DNA of 64,000 nt from Lepidodermella squamata (lineage: Eukaryota > Animalia > Gastrotricha): positions 1 to 64,000 of the forward strand of contig JBLDXI010000013.1 of NCBI GenBank assembly GCA_047495785.1, written 5' to 3'. Under the pieces are notes generated by a model. The model searched no databases, had not been told where the DNA came from, and was given only the letters and a program-made list of their open reading frames with translations. This document shows positions 61,670 to 64,000 of this stretch, piece by piece (positions within the stretch are counted from its first letter, which is position 1; each line of letters opens with the position of its first letter). The translations under genes and the position numbers were made by a program.

Positions 61670-63639
61670 TTGTAATATAAAGTAAACCGATTCTATAGTT
61701 GAAGGGTTGAAGGAAAAAATTCATCAAGCGTCAAAATATAAAAAGGTTAAAAGCGGCTCTTTTCAACTAATGGTGCCGAGCTAAAACAAGGGATTGAATG
61801 CTGATTTTCGAACTTAATGGCTATTATATAGCGAAATCATTCAAGTCGCCCCCTCGCCAGCAAATCGACGGGCAAAAACGCGTCCCCGAACTACGCGCTC
61901 TGCTCATCATTTGCAAATATAGGTTCATCATTCATCGTAAAGCAGATGTCGCCTTTAATAAATATACACTGACCACGATGATTGTAAAGTGGTTCAAAGC
62001 AAAGCAATTTTGATCAAATTTGCAGAATAAAAACCGAAACGGATCTTGGCTAGCGGCATCAGCAAATAAAGCTTCAAATATTACGCTGTTCCGCGTAGAC
62101 GCCCCCAGAGCCATTGAGCGCATGCGTTTTTAAATGTTTTCCATGACACATTCAGCAACTGGGAATAGGACGAAGCCAGTAAAGTGGGCGACCAATGTCC
62201 CAATGGCATGCAAGTTAATTGAATGCGCTAATTGATTCGGCGACACGGTAAGTGCATTTTCACTGTCAGATCTGAGAACAAAACGCTGAAAAAGCAAGCA
62301 GTTGATTGGCTTTGGTTATGCATGCCTATACGATCTGCACATCGCTATAGCGATACCTATGAGCGAGCATTGCGTTTAATGAATTTCAAAAATTTCCATG
62401 GAGAGTGAAAGGCGCACGCCGGCTCCAGCGCCTGAAGATATATAGAAAAGAGAAGAGAATAATTATCCTCAATTCGCAAATTGACGCAATTTGGCCGTAG
62501 CTTTTTCCAAAGCGCAAAAAGTCACTATTTCGTCGAGCAAGCGGAAAAAATGCTACGTCCATAACCGGGCGAAAATGACTTTTTGACGGATTCGTAATCT
62601 ACTCATCGCACTCTACAATAATTTGAAAACCCAGTTTCATAATTCCTCATGGATTAATGAGCTATATCCACTGGGGTCGTCGTTTTACGAGGTCATTTTT
62701 TCGATGGGCCAAGCCCACAGCATGGAGCCAAGTCCACGCAAAAAATGAATGTTCACACACAAAAATGAACCAACATGGCGCTTAACGCCAGAAATAGCTA
62801 CCAAGCTGGAACAGCGTAACAAAATGCAGCGGCTATATGATCGCACACGCGACCCACAAGTCAAGAACAATTGCAATAGGCTGTAAATAAACAGATTGAA
62901 CATTTAATTATAGCTCAAAAAATCAAGCGATGTGAAGTCTTTCACAGAAGACTGGTAAAAGTTGTTGAGGAAAACCAGCCAAGACCAGCGGGGCAAGTCG
63001 TGAATTCAAAGCTGTCATCGCGACGACGCCACCGCAAGATCGCTGTACTGCGAGAAACGCTCTCGCACCAAATGTCATTGACGACGGCGAAAAGTGTGAG
63101 TTACTTGCCGAAACGTTCCCTTCGGTTCTGAAAGGTCCTTCCAGTTACGTCTACCAAACCAGAAGATATCAATTTCCGGAAGGACGCAGATAAAAATAAA
63201 ATCAGAATTATGCCAATGCATCGTAAAAATTATCGGCGACCATGTTTTTAAATATAGCATTCGCTCAAAAAATATAGTGTTAGTACCCATGCGCATGCGA
63301 TATTTATAGATATAGTACTCGTAATTCATTCATATCTGGATTCTCCGCACTCGATTTGGCCATGCCGACTCGGCTCCGCCTCGTCAGCATGCCCACATCT
63401 CGTGCTACGAATCCTAGATATGAATAAAAAACTCGTACAATATCATACAAATATAGCTCACATCAATGATATTCACGAGTGAAAGATTCATTGCTAATAT
63501 ACGCTGATAATCACAAACTTGTCCCATTAGCAAAAGGCTTAGAAATTTCACCAATTAGCTAAAAATTTGCAAATGGGTTCATCAGGCTCCCTAATGACGA
63601 AATAAACACAAAATTGAAAATCCGAGCATTGAAAATGTG

Positions 63640-63726
63640 GGGGTCACGAAGATTCGAACCTGAGGCGCCCGTAAATCATGTTTTCACACGATAAACGCAA
63701 AAAGCACCCATTTCTGCCTGTGGCCC
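63640..63726 (-). pseudogene. Degenerate tRNA-like sequence (tRNA pseudogene or SINE head)
   Basis: B-box GGTTCGAATC, A-box-like AGGCAGAAATGG, and a 6/7 acceptor-like stem GGGCCAC/GTGACCC. An internal T5 run and a poor T-stem argue against function. Confidence 0.3.
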
Positions 63727-64000
63727 AAGAAGTACGAATCCTACAAGAAAGTGGATTGCGCCATTCGAAAGAGCGGGGTCGATTACCCCCTTACAGCATC
63801 GTAGACATCTTTTACTAGGAATTGTGATGTTGTGAGATTTTCAACTACGTAAAAATACGTTTTTCGATTTATCTCGAAAATTCGTTTTGTGGACATAGCA
63901 CTTTTTCCCGAACGCACGATCATTCAAACCAAGAATTTAACTTTAATGTACAACGAAATGCTGGGTAGTTCCCTAAAGCAGTCATCAGTATGCTGCTGAA

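Overview
This window is the left end of an invertebrate animal chromosome with (TTAGGG)n telomeres (CCCTAA on the + strand) and short (~50-60 nt) introns. Positions 1-36363 are a layered terminal array of same-orientation units separated by short telomeric tracts. (i) 1176-15529 holds three copies of an endonuclease-less Penelope-like retroelement (PLE) with an intact RT, introns, a downstream zinc-finger ORF and a hammerhead ribozyme. Every copy ends at an internal CTAACCCTAAC motif, and the 5'-truncated copies are capped by telomeric repeats. (ii) 15711-36260 holds non-coding ~5-kb (L) and ~1-kb (S) units carrying ~179-bp satellite monomers. They follow the same junction rules, share a covarying 3' RNA structure, and S carries a related hammerhead, so they look like non-autonomous telomere-targeted retroelements. 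Proximal to the innermost telomeric tract (36261-36363) lie ordinary genes: a MIER-family gene, FoxC, ESRP/fusilli and a Wamide neuropeptide precursor. The first ~1.13 kb is probably a sequencing chimera, because a PacBio barcode-like sequence occurs at 1-15 and 1117-1133.
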